64,000 bases of DNA from Heptranchias perlo (lineage: Eukaryota). The notes below the pieces were generated by a model, which made no database searches, was not told the DNA's origin, and was given only the letters and a program-made list of their open reading frames with translations. Both the position numbers and the translations under genes were made by a program. The stretch is from positions 3,100,001 to 3,164,000 of the forward strand of contig NW_027139581.1 in the NCBI RefSeq assembly GCF_035084215.1. Direction: 5' to 3'. This document shows positions 11,356-23,003 of this stretch, piece by piece; within the stretch, counting starts at the first letter, position 1; the number at the start of each line of letters is the position of its first letter.

Positions 11356-11429
11356 GCAATCAATAACCAATGATTAACACTATTCACCCCTATTTATTAA
11401 AATCTGGGATATAGTTTCTGAACAGCTTC

Positions 11430-11990
11430 ATCAACGGAGCCTCTCACTTTTCCTCTCCCTATTCTTCTTCCCAAAATCTATCACTTCACATTTCTCTGCA
11501 TTAAATTTCATCTGCCATCTATCTGTCCAATTTATTATCCAGTGTCCGTGACACTGAAGTCACTTCCAGTCCTCTTCACAGTTCCCCACACTCCCTATCT
11601 TGGTGGCATTTGAATTATCTGGAGATTTTCATCTTGTGCCCCATATACCCGAGCCCAGTTCATTTCCCTGTATTGAGAAGAGCAATGGTCCCAACACTGA
11701 CCCTGGGGGACACCACTGTTTACATCCCTCCAGTCTGAACAATATCCATTATCCACGACTCTCTGTTTTCTGTCCTTTCCCTAACTTCCTGTCCACGCTG
11801 GCCGACTCCCTTCAATTCCGTGAACCTTAATTTTATCAACAAGCCTCCTGTGCGGCACCTTCTCAAACACCTTTAGACAATCCATCTGCACAACACCCAC
11901 TGAATTCCTTTTATCACCACACTGTGTTATTCCTCAAATAATCCCTGCTGTCTGTCCTGAATTCACCCATTTCACGAACAAATGTTGAAA
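11430..11990 (-). mobile_element. Old CR1 RT fragment
   Basis: The reverse complement resembles the [10 protein letters not shown] / WQMKFNAEKCEV region (CCCAACACTGACCCTGGGGGACACCAC at ~11690). Confidence 0.65.
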
Positions 11991-12035
11991 TGTTTGCTCC
12001 ACCCCACAGGGTTCCATCTGTTTAAAGCCACTCAG

Positions 12036-12268
12036 AGAGAGGTGGGAGAGGCCCATTGTTGGACAGTGTGAGCTGAGGGGTGGGAGAGGCCCATTGTTGG
12101 ACAGTGTGAGCTGAGGGGTGGGAGAGGCCCATTGTTGGACAGTGTGAGCTGAGGGGTGGGAGAGGCCCATTGTTGGACAGTGTGAGCTGAGGGGTGGGAG
12201 AGGCCCATTGTTGGACAGTGTGAGCTGAGGGGTGGGAGAGGCCCATTGTTGGACAGTGTGAGCTGAGC
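12036..12268 (+). repeat. 38-bp minisatellite, about 6 units (GAGGGGTGGGAGAGGCCCATTGTTGGACAGTGTGAGCT)
   Basis: Direct periodicity. The unit matches the reverse complement of single-copy 5588-5620 in promoter module B. Confidence 0.9.
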
Positions 12269-12311
12269 AGGCGCGGGAGACGCAGACTTCAGTGAACACC
12301 GAGTGCCCCAC

Positions 12312-12545
12312 AGACCCCAATATTAAACAGTGAACATTATCCCCCCCAGACCCCAATATTAAACAGTGAACATTATCCCCCCCAGACCCCGATATGAAAC
12401 AGTGAACATTATCCCCCCAGACCCCAATATAAAACAGTGAATGTTATCCCCCCCAGACCCCAATATAAAACAGTGAACATTATCCCCCCCAGACCCCAAT
12501 ATAAAACAGTGAACATTATCCCCCAAACCCCTCCCCCCAGACCCA
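12312..12545 (+). repeat. ~36-bp minisatellite, about 6 units (AGACCCCAATATAAAACAGTGAACATTATCCCCCCC)
   Basis: Direct periodicity. It sits at the position homologous to GACCCGAGAGAAAACAGGCGGCATTATCCCCC of module B. Confidence 0.9.
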
Positions 12546-13000
12546 AATGACGACGGATCAGGGAACGTCTGTAAAGGAAGTTGGAATGGTAACTGGTCAG
12601 AGAGCGTCTCTTTGATAGAGAAATCGGGATGTGTCAGTGAATATAAGAAGGAAAAATGGAGATGGGTCAAGGAGAGCCCAACACCAAAATTGGGAGATGT
12701 TGTGGAAGAGGGGGAGAGAACTTCACGGGGAGGGAGAGAGGGGAACCAGTGAGTGCAGAACTGAACCCAGTCAGAGTCAACACCTTCAGAGGGAGGGAGA
12801 GAAAACTCAGATGGAATGAAATATGTTGGGGATGGTGCGATGGGTTTGGATTTCAGCACAGGGAGGAGGGAGAGTGTGTGGGACGGCGATTTACAGTCTG
12901 GGGGAATGAGCGGGAAGAATATTCTGTCGAAACTAGAATTGTCTGTTCTGAATTTATATCCTGTATTTACAGTGAGGACTTTTGTAAACTCCTTTTACAG

Positions 13001-13360
13001 GGGATTAGAAGGGGAGGATTCACAGACGGGAAAATCAAACCAAACCTCAAGTCAATCTGACCGAGTCACTCGATTCATCAGGACCTGAATATCATCGGCC
13101 TTTGAATGTGGAAGGAGAAATGTTTGTCTGTTCTGTCTGTGGGAAAAGATCAAACTTCATTGTGAGTGGAAAATCACTGAGTCACACACACCCGAGTGAG
13201 AGTGTTCCAGTGCACTGACTGTGGAAAGAGCTTTACCCAGTGACACAGCCTGAAAAAACATCGCACCATTTCCAGCGGGGAGAAACCGTCCACGTGTTCT
13301 GTGTGTGGACGAGGCTTCAACTGATCGTCCAACCTGGAGAGACACAAGGACACCCGGACC
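13001..13360 (+). pseudogene. Decayed N-terminal fingers / 5' part of the ZNF-2 main exon
   Basis: Acceptor CTCCTTTTACAG ends at 13000. Homologous to 3836-4197. Frameshifts, plus the shared in-frame TGA at 13322-13324. Confidence 0.75.
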
Positions 13361-14665
13361 ACGGAGAAACCGTGGAAATGTGGGGACTGTGGGAAGAGAT
13401 TCAATTACCCATCCCAGCTGGAAACTCATCGACGCAGTCACACTGGGGAGAGGCCGTTTATCTGCTCCTCCTATGGGAAGGGATTCACTCAGTCATCCAC
13501 TCTGCTGAGACACCACCGATTTCAAACTGGGGAGAGGCCGTTCACCTGCTCCGTGTGTGGGAAAGGATTCAGTTGTTCATCCAGCCTCATTTCACACCAA
13601 CTTGTTCACAGTGATAAGAGAAATTTTAAATGTTCTGACTGTGAGAAGAGGTTTAAAAGCAGGAATGCTCTACTGAGACACCAACGTACTCACACTGGGG
13701 AGAGACCAATTATCTGCTCCGTGTGTGGGATGGGATTCACTCAGTCATCCACCCTGCTGAGACACCAGCGAATTCACACCGGGGAGAGGCCGTTCACCTG
13801 CGCAGAGTGTGGGAAGGGATTCGCTCATTCAGCCGACCGGCTGAGGCACCAGCGAGTTCACACTGGGGAGAGACCGTTCACCTGCTCCGTGTGTGGGAAA
13901 GGATTCACTTGTTCATCCAGTCTCATTGAACACCAACTTGTTCACAGTGATAAGAGACCTTTAAAATGTTCTGACTGTGGGAAGAGGTTTAAAAGCAGGA
14001 ATGCTCTACTGAGACACCAACGTACTCACACTGGGGAGAGGCCGTTTACCTGCTCCGCATGTGGGAAAGGATTCACTCGGTCATCCGCCCTGCTGATTCA
14101 CCAGCGAGTTCACACTGGGGAGAGGCCGTTCACCTGCGCAGAGTGTGGGAAGGGATTCACTCAGTCATCCGCCCTGCTGATTCACCAGCGAGTTCACACT
14201 GGGGAGAGGCCATTCACCTGCTCAGAGTGTGGGAAGGGATTCACTCAGTCATCCGCCCTGCTGATTCACCAGCGAGTTCACACGGGGGAGAGACCGTTCA
14301 CCTGCTCTGTGTGTGGGAAGGGATTCACTTGTTCATCCAGTCTCATTGAACACCAACCTGTTCACACTGATAAGAGACCTTTTAAATGTTCTGACTGTGG
14401 GAAGAGCTTTAAAAGCACAAACGGACTGCTGACACACCAACGCACTCACAATGGGGAGAGACCGTTCACCTGCTCAGAGTGTGGGAAGGGATTCATTAAG
14501 TCATACAACCTGCTGATTCACCAGCGAGTTCACACTGGGGAGAGACCGTTCACCTGCTCTGTTTGTGGGAAGGGATTCACTCAGTCATCCAACCTGCAGT
14601 CACACCAGCGAGTTCACATGTTACCACAGGGGTTGGATTCTGCTGTTAATCACATCCAGGACTGA
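13361..14665 (+). CDS. C2H2 zinc-finger protein ZNF-2: 15 finger units (unit 2 degenerate), no effector domain seen. Start uncertain (ACG at 13361)
   Basis: Frame open from 13325 to 14665 with TGERPF linkers. The first in-frame ATG is only in finger 5 (~13730). AATAAA at 14751-14756. Confidence 0.85.
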   Translation, partial: TEKPWKCGDCGKRFNYPSQLETHRRSHTGERPFICSSYGKGFTQSSTLLRHHRFQTGERPFTCSVCGKGFSCSSSLISHQLVHSDKRNFKCSDCEKRFKSRNALLRHQRTHTGERPIICSVCGMGFTQSSTLLRHQRIHTGERPFTCAECGKGFAHSADRLRHQRVHTGERPFTCSVCGKGFTCSSSLIEHQLVHSDKRPLKCSDCGKRFKSRNALLRHQRTHTGERPFTCSACGKGFTRSSALLIHQRVHTGERPFTCAECGKGFTQSSALLIHQRVHTGERPFTCSECGKGFTQSSALLIHQRVHTGERPFTCSVCGKGFTCSSSLIEHQPVHTDKRPFKCSDCGKSFKSTNGLLTHQRTHNGERPFTCSECGKGFIKSYNLLIHQRVHTGERPFTCSVCGKGFTQSSNLQSHQRVHMLPQGLDSAVNHIQD

Positions 14666-14774
14666 ACCATGTTCATTCTGACAGTTGGGGTTTGTTTCTG
14701 ATAATAACCCCTATAACTGGGCTGGAGTTTAATATTCTGTATCAGTCTCAAATAAATCAGCTTTCTTTTAAATA

Positions 14775-15452
14775 CAGTGTACCATTGTTTAAAAAGGGAG
14801 AAAGGGATAGACTGAGTAATTACAGGCCAGTCAGCCTCACCTCGGTGGTGGGCAAATGATTGGAAACAATTCTGAGGGACAATATTAATCGTCATTTAGA
14901 AAGGCACGGATTAATCAAGGACAGTCAGCATGGATTTGTTCAGGGAATGTCGTGTCTGACTAAGTTGATTGACTCGTATGAGGAGGTAACGAGGAGGGTC
15001 GATGAGGGCAACGCATTTGATGTAGTATCCATGGATTTCAGCAAGTCTTTTGACAAGGTCGCACATGGCAGACTGGTCAAAAAAGTTAAATCCCTTGGGA
15101 TCAAAGGGAAAGTGGCTGGTCGGATCCAAAATTGGCTCAGTGGCAGGAAGCAAAGGGTGATGGTTGACAGATGTTTTTGCAACTGGAAGGCTGTTTCCAG
15201 TGGGGTTCCTCAAGGCTCACTATTGGTCCCTTGCTTTTTGTGGTATATATTAATGATTTGCACTTGAATGTGGAGGACTTGATCAAGAAGTTTGCAGATG
15301 ATACATAAATTGGCCGTGTGGTTGGTAGTGAGGAGGAAAGCTGTAGACTGCAGGAAGATATCAATGGACTGGTCAGGTGGGCAGAAAAGTGGCAAATAGA
15401 ATTCAATCCAGAGAAGTGTGAGGTAATGCAATTGGGGAGAGCAAACAAGGCG
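14775..15452 (+). mobile_element. CR1 RT fragment directly after the ZNF-2 poly(A) signal
   Basis: NYRPVSLTSVVG, SQHGFV, DFSKSFDKV, SGVPQG, KFADD, WQIEFNPEKCEV with frameshifts. Confidence 0.85.
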
Positions 15453-15454
15453 AG

Positions 15455-15680
15455 TATCTGTCCATGACGGTATTGGTAGGAGTGACCACCGCACAGTCCT
15501 TGTGGAGCCAAGTCCTGTCTTCACACTGAGGACACCATCCAACGTGTTGTGTGGCACTGCCATCGTGCTAAATGGGATAGATTCAGAACAGATCGAGCAG
15601 CTCAAAACTGGGCATCCGTGAGACGCTGTGGGCCATCAGCAGCAGCAGAATTGGAATCCAACACAATCTGTAACCTCATG
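15455..15680 (+). mobile_element. Fragment of a second LINE family (end of the APE endonuclease domain)
   Basis: Translates ..HDGIGRSDHRTVLVE.. then WHCHRAKWDRFRTD (SDH motif). Clade not determinable by eye. Confidence 0.55.
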
Positions 15681-15702
15681 GTGTTCATATTCCTCACTCG
15701 TA

Positions 15703-17835
15703 TAAACATACGAATTAAGAGCAGGAGTAGGCCATTCGGCCCCTCGAGCCTGATCTGTCATTTGATAAGATCATGGCTGATCTGATTGTGACATCAACCC
15801 TACTTTCCCATCTACCTACTATAACATTTGACTCCCTTGATAATCAGGAATCTATCTAACTCGGCCTTAAAAATATTCAATGACCCTGCCTCCCCCGCTC
15901 TCTGGGGAAGGGAGTTCCACAGACTCACGACCTTCAGGGAAAAAAATTTCTCCTCATCTCCGTCTTAAATGGGAGACCCCTTATTTTTGAACTGTGGCCC
16001 CTAGTTCCAGTCTCTCCCACAAGGGGAAACATCCTCTCAGCATCTATCCCTTCTATTCCCCTCAGGATCTTATGTGTTTCAATAAGATCACCTCTCATCC
16101 TTCTAAACTCCAATGTATACAGGCCCAACTTGTCCAACCTTTCCTCATAAGATAACCCCCTCATCCCAGGAATCAGTCGAGTGAACCTTCTCTGAACTGC
16201 CTCCAAAGCAATTATGTCCTTTCTTAAATAAGGAGACCAAAACTGCACACAGTACTCCAGATGTGGTCTCACCAATGCCCTGAACAACTGTAGTAAAACA
16301 TTTCCACTTTTATATTCCATTCCCCTTGTAGTAAATGAGAACATTCCATTTGCCTTCCTAATCACTTCTTGTACCTACATACTAACTTTCTGTGATTCAT
16401 GTACTACGATACCCAGATCCCTCTGTACTTCAGAGTTCTGCAATCTCTCTCCATTTAAATAATATACTGCTTTTCTATTCCTCTTGCCGAAGTGGACAAG
16501 TTCACATTTTCCCACATTATACTCCATCTGCCAAATTTTTGCTCACTCACTTAACCTATCTATATCCCTTTATGAACTCCTTATGTCCTCTTCACAACTT
16601 ACTTTCCTACCTACCTTTGTCTCATTAGGAAATTTATCAACAATACATTTGGTCCCTTCATCCAAGTCATTGATATAGATTGTAAACAGTTGAGGCCCAA
16701 GCACTGATCCCTGTGGCACTCCACTTGTTACATCTTGCCAACCTGAAAATGACCCATTTATGCCGACTCTCTGTTTCCTGTTTGCTAACCAATCCTTTAT
16801 CCATGCAAATATGTTACCCCCAACACCATGAGTTCTTATTTTGTGTCGTCACCTTTGATGTGGCACCTTGTCAAAAGCCTTCTGGATATCCAAGTGCACC
16901 TCATCCACAGGGTCCCCTTTATCCACGTTGCTTGTTACTTCCTCAAAGAACTCTAATAAATTAGTGAAACACGATTTCCCTTTCACAAAGCCGTGTTGAC
17001 TCTGCCTGATTGCATTGAGATTTTCCAAGTGCCTTGCTAGAACCTCCTTAATAATAGATTCTCGCATTTTCCTCATGACAGATGTTTAGCTAACTGGCCT
17101 GTAGTTTCTTGAATTGAGGAGTTATATTCGCTATTTTCCAATCTGATGGGACCCTTCCAGAACCTGGGGAATTTTGGAAAATTAATACCAATGCATCGAC
17201 TATCTCTGCAGCCACTTCTTTTAAGACCCTCGGATGAAGTCCGTCAGGACCTGGGAACTTATCAGCTTTCAGATTTAATATTTTTTTCAAGACCCTTTCC
17301 CTGGTGATTGTAAATGTTTTAAGTTCCTCACTCCCTTTCACCTCTTGATCCACAATTATTTCTGGCATATTATTTGTATCCTCGACAGTGAAGACGGATG
17401 TAAATTATCTGTTCAATTCATCCACCATTTCCTTATTTTCCATTATTAATTCCCCAGACTCACTCTCTGGAGGACCAACTCTCACTTTCCTGACTCTTTT
17501 TTTTAAATACCTGTAGAAACTCTTACTATCTGTTATTATATTTCTAGCTCGCTTTCTCCAGTACTCCAATCTCTCCCTCATTATTCTTTTAGTCATTCTT
17601 TGCTGTTTTTTATATTTTGACCAATCTTCTGACCTGTCACTAATCTTTGCGGAATTGTATGCTTTTTCATTCAATTTGATACTATCTTTAACTTCCTTAG
17701 TTGGACACGGATGGTACGTCCTTCCCCTAGAGTCTTTCTTTCTCACTGGAATGTATCTTTGCTGAGTGTTATGAAATATCCCATTAAATGTCTGCCACTG
17801 CATCTCTTCTGACATATCCCTGAACCTCAGTTCCC
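15703..17835 (-). mobile_element. CR1 LINE, 5'-truncated, disrupted ORF2 with its 3' tail at ~15703-15790
   Basis: ORF pieces [61 protein letters not shown]. Confidence 0.92.
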
Positions 17836-17837
17836 AG

Positions 17838-18368
17838 TTCACAAGTCAGGAGTGTGATGGAATACTCTCCACTTGCCTGGACGAGTGCAGCTCCAACAAC
17901 ACTCAAGAAGCTCGACACCATCCAGGACAAAGCAGCCCGCTTGATTGGCACCCCATCCACCACCCTAAACATTCACTCCCTTCACCACCGGCGCATTGTG
18001 GCTGCAGTGTGTACCATCCACAGGATGCACTGCAGCAACTCGCCAAGGCTTCTTCGACAGCACCTCCCAAACCCATGAACTCTACGACCTGGAAGGACAA
18101 GAGCAGCAGGCACATGGGAACAACACCACCTGCACGTTCCCCTCCAAGTCACACACCATTCCGACTTGGATATATATCGCTGTTCCTTCATCGTCGCTGG
18201 GTCAAAATCCTAGAACTCCCTTCCTAGCTGCACTGTAGGAGAACCTTCACCACATGGACTGCATGGTTCAAGAAGGCGGCTCACCACCACCTTCTCAAGG
18301 GCAGTTAGGGATGGGCAATAAATGCTGGCCCTCCAGCGACACCCACATCCCATGAACGAATGAAAAAT
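17838..18368 (+). mobile_element. 3' end of a second LINE family (RT C-terminus + tail)
   Basis: QVRSVMEYSPLAWTSAAPTTLKKLDTIQDKAARLI..SLHHRR is a LINE RT C-terminal motif. The tail has AATAAA (~18317) and an A-rich end. Confidence 0.75.
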
Positions 18369-18369
18369 A

Positions 18370-18690
18370 CCTAACTCACACATACAAACAACACACATGC
18401 TACAGTCACAAATTACACATGTACAAACAACACAGGCAGATTACACACAGACACAAACTGTAAACAAACAAACACAGACACAAATACGACACACTACACA
18501 CAGACACATATTAGACACACAAACTACACATAGTACACACAAACAACACACACTACACACAGACACAAATTACACACTCAAACTACACACAAACAACACA
18601 CATTCGACACACAGAAGGAAATTACAAGCATGCGACACACAGATACAACCGACTGAAGACAATTTACACACGCAGGCAGACATTTTCCGA
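18370..18690. repeat. CA-rich low-complexity tract
   Basis: Degenerate (CA)n/ACACAGAC sequence. Confidence 0.8.
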
Positions 18691-18714
18691 CGGCACCCTC
18701 GACACTGTATAAAG

Positions 18715-21207
18715 AGATTCTAACCTTGGAACTGCACACGGGGATTCTAACCCTTGGATTGTATTTGGGGATTCTAACCCTGGGACTGGACTCGGGGATT
18801 CCAACCCTGGGACTGTGGATGCGGATTCTAACCCTGCGAATGTACACGGGGATTCTAACCCTGGGAGTGTCGATGGGGATTCTAACCCTGGGAGTGTAGA
18901 CGGGGATTCTAACCCTGGGAGTGTAGATGGGGATTCTAACCCTGGGAGTGCAGATGGGGATTCTAACCCTGGGAGTGTAGATGGGGATTCTAACACTGGG
19001 AGTGCAGATGGGGATTCTAACCCTGGGAGTGTAGATGGGGATTCTAACCCTGGGAGTGTCGATGGGGATTCTAACCCTGGGAGTGTAGATGGGGATTCTA
19101 ACCCTGGGAGTGCAGATGGGGATTCTAACCCTGGGAGTGTAGATGGGGATTCTAACCCTGGGAGTGCAGATGGGGATTCTAACCCTGGGAGTGTCGATGG
19201 GGATTCTAACCCTGGGATTGTAGATGGGGATTCTAACCCTGGGAGTGTAGATGGGGATTCTAACCCTGGGAGTGTAGATGGGGATTCTAACCCTGGGAGT
19301 GTAGATGGGGATTCTAACCCTGGGAGTGTAGATGGGGATTCTAACCCTGGGAGTGTAGATGGGGATTCTAACCCTGGGAGTGTAGATGGGGATTCTAACC
19401 CTGGGAGTGTAGATGGGGATTCTAACCCTGGGAGTGTAGATGGGGATTCTAACCCTGGGAGTGTAGATGGGGATTCTAACCCTGGGAGTGTAGATGGGGA
19501 TTCTAACCCTGCGAGTGTAGATGGGGATCTAACCCTGGGAGTGTCGATGGGGATTCTAACCCTGGGAGTGTAGATGGGGATTCTAACCCTGGGAGTGTAG
19601 ATGGGGATTCTAACCCTGGGAGTGTAGATGGGGAATCTAACCCTGGGAGTGTAGATGGGGATTCTAACCCTGGGAGTGTAGATGGGGATTCTAACCCTGG
19701 GAGTGTAGATGGGGATTCCAACACTGGGAGTGTAGATGGGGATTCTAACCCTGGGAGTGTAGATGGGGATTCTAACCCTGGGAGTGTCGATGGGGATTCT
19801 AACCCTGGGAGTGTCGATGGGGATTCTAACACTGGGAGTGTCGATGGGGATTCTAACCCTGGGAGTGTAGATGGGGATTCTAACCCTGGGAGTGTCGATG
19901 GGGATTCTAACACTGGGAGTGTCGATGGGATTCTAACCCTGGGAGTGTCGATGGGGATTCTAACCCTGGGAGTGTAGATGGGGATTCTAACCCTGGGAGT
20001 GTAGATGGGGATTCTAACCCTGGGAGTGTCGATGGGGATTCTAACCCTGGGAGTGTAGATGGGGATTCCAACACTGGGAGTGTAGATGGGGATTCTAACC
20101 CTGGGAGTGTAGGTGGGGATTCTAACCCTGGGAATGTAGATGGGGATTCTAACCCTGGGAGTGTCGATGGGGATTCTAACCCTGGGAGTGTCGATGGGGA
20201 TTCTAACACTGGGAGTGTCGATGGGGATTCTAACCCTGGGAGTGTAGATGGGGATTCTAACCCTGGGAGTGTCGATGGGGATTCTAACACTGGGAGTGTC
20301 GATGGGATTCTAACCCTGGGAGTGTCGATGGGGATTCTAACCCTGGGAGTGTAGATGGGGATTCTAACACTGGGATTGTAGATGGGGATTCTAACCATGG
20401 GAGTGTAGATGGGGATTCTAACCCTGGGAGTGTCGATGGGGATTCTAACACTGGGAGTGTCGATGGGATTCTAACCCTGGGAGTGTAGATGGGGATTCTA
20501 ACCCTGGGAGTGTAGATGGGGATTCTAACCCTGGGAGTGTCGATGGGGATTCTAACCCTGGGAGTGTAGATGGGGATTCCAACACTGGGAGTGTAGATGG
20601 GGATTCTAACCCTGGGAGTGTAGGTGGGGATTCTAACCCTGGGAATGTAGATGGGGATTCTAACCCTGGGAGTGTCGATGGGGATTCTAACCCTGGGAGT
20701 GTAGATGGGGATTCTAACCCTGGGAGTGTCGATGGGGATTCTAACCCTGGGAGTGTAGATGGGGATTCTAACCCTGGGAGTGTAGATGGGGATTCTAACC
20801 CTGGGAGTGTCGATGGGGATTCTAACACTGGGAGTGTCGATGGGATTCTAACCCTGGGAGTGTCGATGGGGATTCTAACCCTGGGAGTGTAGATGGGGAT
20901 TCTAACACTGGGATTGTAGATGGGGATTCTAACCATGGGAGTGTAGATGGGGATTCTAACCCTGGGAGTGTCGATGGGGATTCTAACCCTGGGAGTGTCG
21001 ATGGGGATTCTAACCCTGGGAGTGTCGATGGGGATTCTAACCCTGGGAGTGTAGATGGGGATTCTAACCCTGGGAGTGTAGATGGGGATTCTAACCCTGG
21101 GAGTGTAGATGGGGATTCTAACCCTGGGAGTGTAGATGGGGATTCTAACCCTGGGAGTGTAGATGGGGATTCTCACCCTGGGAGTGTGGATGGGGATTCT
21201 AACCCTG
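18715..21207. repeat. 27-bp satellite, about 92 units (GATTCTAACCCTGGGAGTGT(A/C)GATGGG)
   Basis: Direct periodicity, with diverged units at the left edge. Confidence 0.97.
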
Positions 21208-21439
21208 CCACTTTAAAATGGAAGTCGACCCTGGGGTTGTTTCTTCAGAAATCTCTGGGAATCAGACTCACCCCAGTGCGTGTCAGCAGCTTGAGGGAAG
21301 GAGCTAAGAGAACGGTGAGAAACCCCTGTGTGCAGCGTGAGAACACATTAAATGAGTTAATGATTTTGTCTCCTGGTGACTGGAACCAGGTTGGGAACAA
21401 TGACCCTGAAAACCCGCCAACTGCCACAGGTAAGGAGGT

Positions 21440-22340
21440 GCACTGTAACTTTAACTATAAATATATACAGAAAGTGGAGTCACTGTCCCTTTAAATATTT
21501 GCACCACTCCAACAGGGAAGAAGTGGAACTGTACCTTTAATAATAAACATGCACAGAAAGGGGTTAAATGATGCAGGGAGGAGGGTCGTGTGGAGCATGA
21601 TCACCGGCTTGGACCAGTTGGGTCGAATGGCCTGTTTCTCTGCTGTAATCTCGAAGTAATTCTGTGTAAAAGAAGGGAACCACTGTCCCTTTAAAGATCC
21701 GCCTCAGCCCCACGGTTGAGGAGAAGCACTGTGCGTTTAACGACCACAAAAACACAGCTTGGAGTCGAAGAGAGCACTTTAACTGCCAACGGCAGAGACA
21801 GTGCGCTCACTGTCCCTTTCTGAATGGCGACAGTCTCCTGTTGCTGCCGGTTAATGGCGGCCCAGCGAGCCTGGCGCGGGGCGGAGACCGCTCCATGTGG
21901 CGGCCGAGCCCCGGGCTCCAATGTTCCGATCAAGTTCCATTTATTTTCGCTGATCCCCCCGTTTCCCCCACCGCCCCCCCCCCCCGCGGCCACGCCGATC
22001 ACAGCAAATGACAATAAAATGTTATCAATGGTGGTCCGAGGTACCCGGAGTGCAGCGCGAGTGGGAATACGCCCTATTCCCCAATACAGGAGACCAGCGC
22101 GCAGGCGCGAGAGTGACTTCTGTCCGGAGCAGGTAAAAGACGCGGGGGGCTGGAGGGTTTATAAAGATAGAGCGCGGCCTCAGAGGCCGCCGGACCGGGC
22201 GTGTTCACCAGGATTGCAGCCGTGAGCTTTTTTCCCCGATAACAGGCGCGGGTCTCCGAACGCCATTTTTGTAGAGGAAGGTCAGGACGTTTGTCAGCAG
22301 AACTGCGCAGGCGCAGCCTTCATGGTACAGGTACAAACAG
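21440..22340 (+). promoter_or_regulatory. CpG promoter module A paralog, candidate donor GGAGCAG|GTAAAA at 22133
   Basis: Aligns by eye with 7321-7900: CTGTCCCTTTAAATAT, CAGCGCGCAGGCGCG, GGAGCAGGTA, CGCCATTTT, TGCGCAGGCGCA, GGTACAGGTACA..GTGGGCGGGGCTTCAG. Confidence 0.65.
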
Positions 22341-23003
22341 TGGGCGGGGCTTCAGTGTCCCCGTGACGAGAAACAAAGAGTGGGCGGGGCTTCAGGGTCC
22401 CAGTGACCGGGAACAAAGAGTGGGCGGGGCTTCAGGGTCCCAGTGAACGGGAGCAAAGAGTGGGCGGGGCTTCAGGGTCCGAGTGACCCGGAACAAAGAG
22501 TGGGCGGGGCTTCAGGTTCCCAGTGACTGTGAACAAAGAGTGGGCGGGGCTTCAGGGTCCCAGTGACTGTGAACAAAGAGTGGGCGGGGCTTCAGGGTCC
22601 CTGTGACCAGGAACAAAGAGTGGGCGGGGCTTCAGGGTCCCCGTGAGTGGGGACAAAGAGTGGGCGGGGCTTCAGGGTCCCAGTGACGGTGAACAAAGAG
22701 TGGGCGGGGCTTCAGGGTCCCAGTGACTGTGAACAAAGAGTGGGCGGGGCTTCAGGGTCCCAGTGACTGGGAACAAAGAGTGGGCGGGGCTTCAGGGTCC
22801 CTGTGACTGTGAACAAAGAGTGGGCGGGGCTTCAGGGTCCCAGTGACCAGGAACAAAGAGTGGGCGGGGCTTCAGGGTCCCAGTGACGGTGAACAAAGAG
22901 TGGGCGGGGCTTCAGGGTCCCAGTGACTGTGAACAAAGAGTGGGCGGGGCTTCAGGGTCCCAGTGACGGTGAACAAAGAGTGGGCGGGGCTTCAGGGTCC
23001 CAG
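22341..23003. repeat. 40-bp GC-box minisatellite, about 16 units (inverse of 1-690)
   Basis: TGGGCGGGGCTTCAGGGTCCCAGTGACnnnGAACAAAGAG periodicity. Confidence 0.95.

Noticed and set aside
7813-11377. Many short Cys/Trp-rich ORFs (MLYLPWECLMGQC...), and His/Thr-rich ORFs at 31779-32496
   Set aside because: Translations of satellite units whose lengths (67, 22) are not multiples of three.
12590-13000. Possible KRAB/SCAN/other effector exon upstream of the ZNFs
   Set aside because: The sequence is shared among paralogs, but no reading frame is conserved and no domain motif is recognisable. It is treated as intron/UTR.
18664-21176. Long repetitive ORFs (DGDSNPGSV)n / (LESPSTLPG)n
   Set aside because: A by-product of a stop-free 27-bp unit. 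They are broken by 26-bp units and have no splice or start context.
18715-21207. Interstitial telomere (TAACCC in every unit)
   Set aside because: Only one hexamer per unit, never tandem (CCCTAA)n. It also mismatches the TAGGGTT TRF site.
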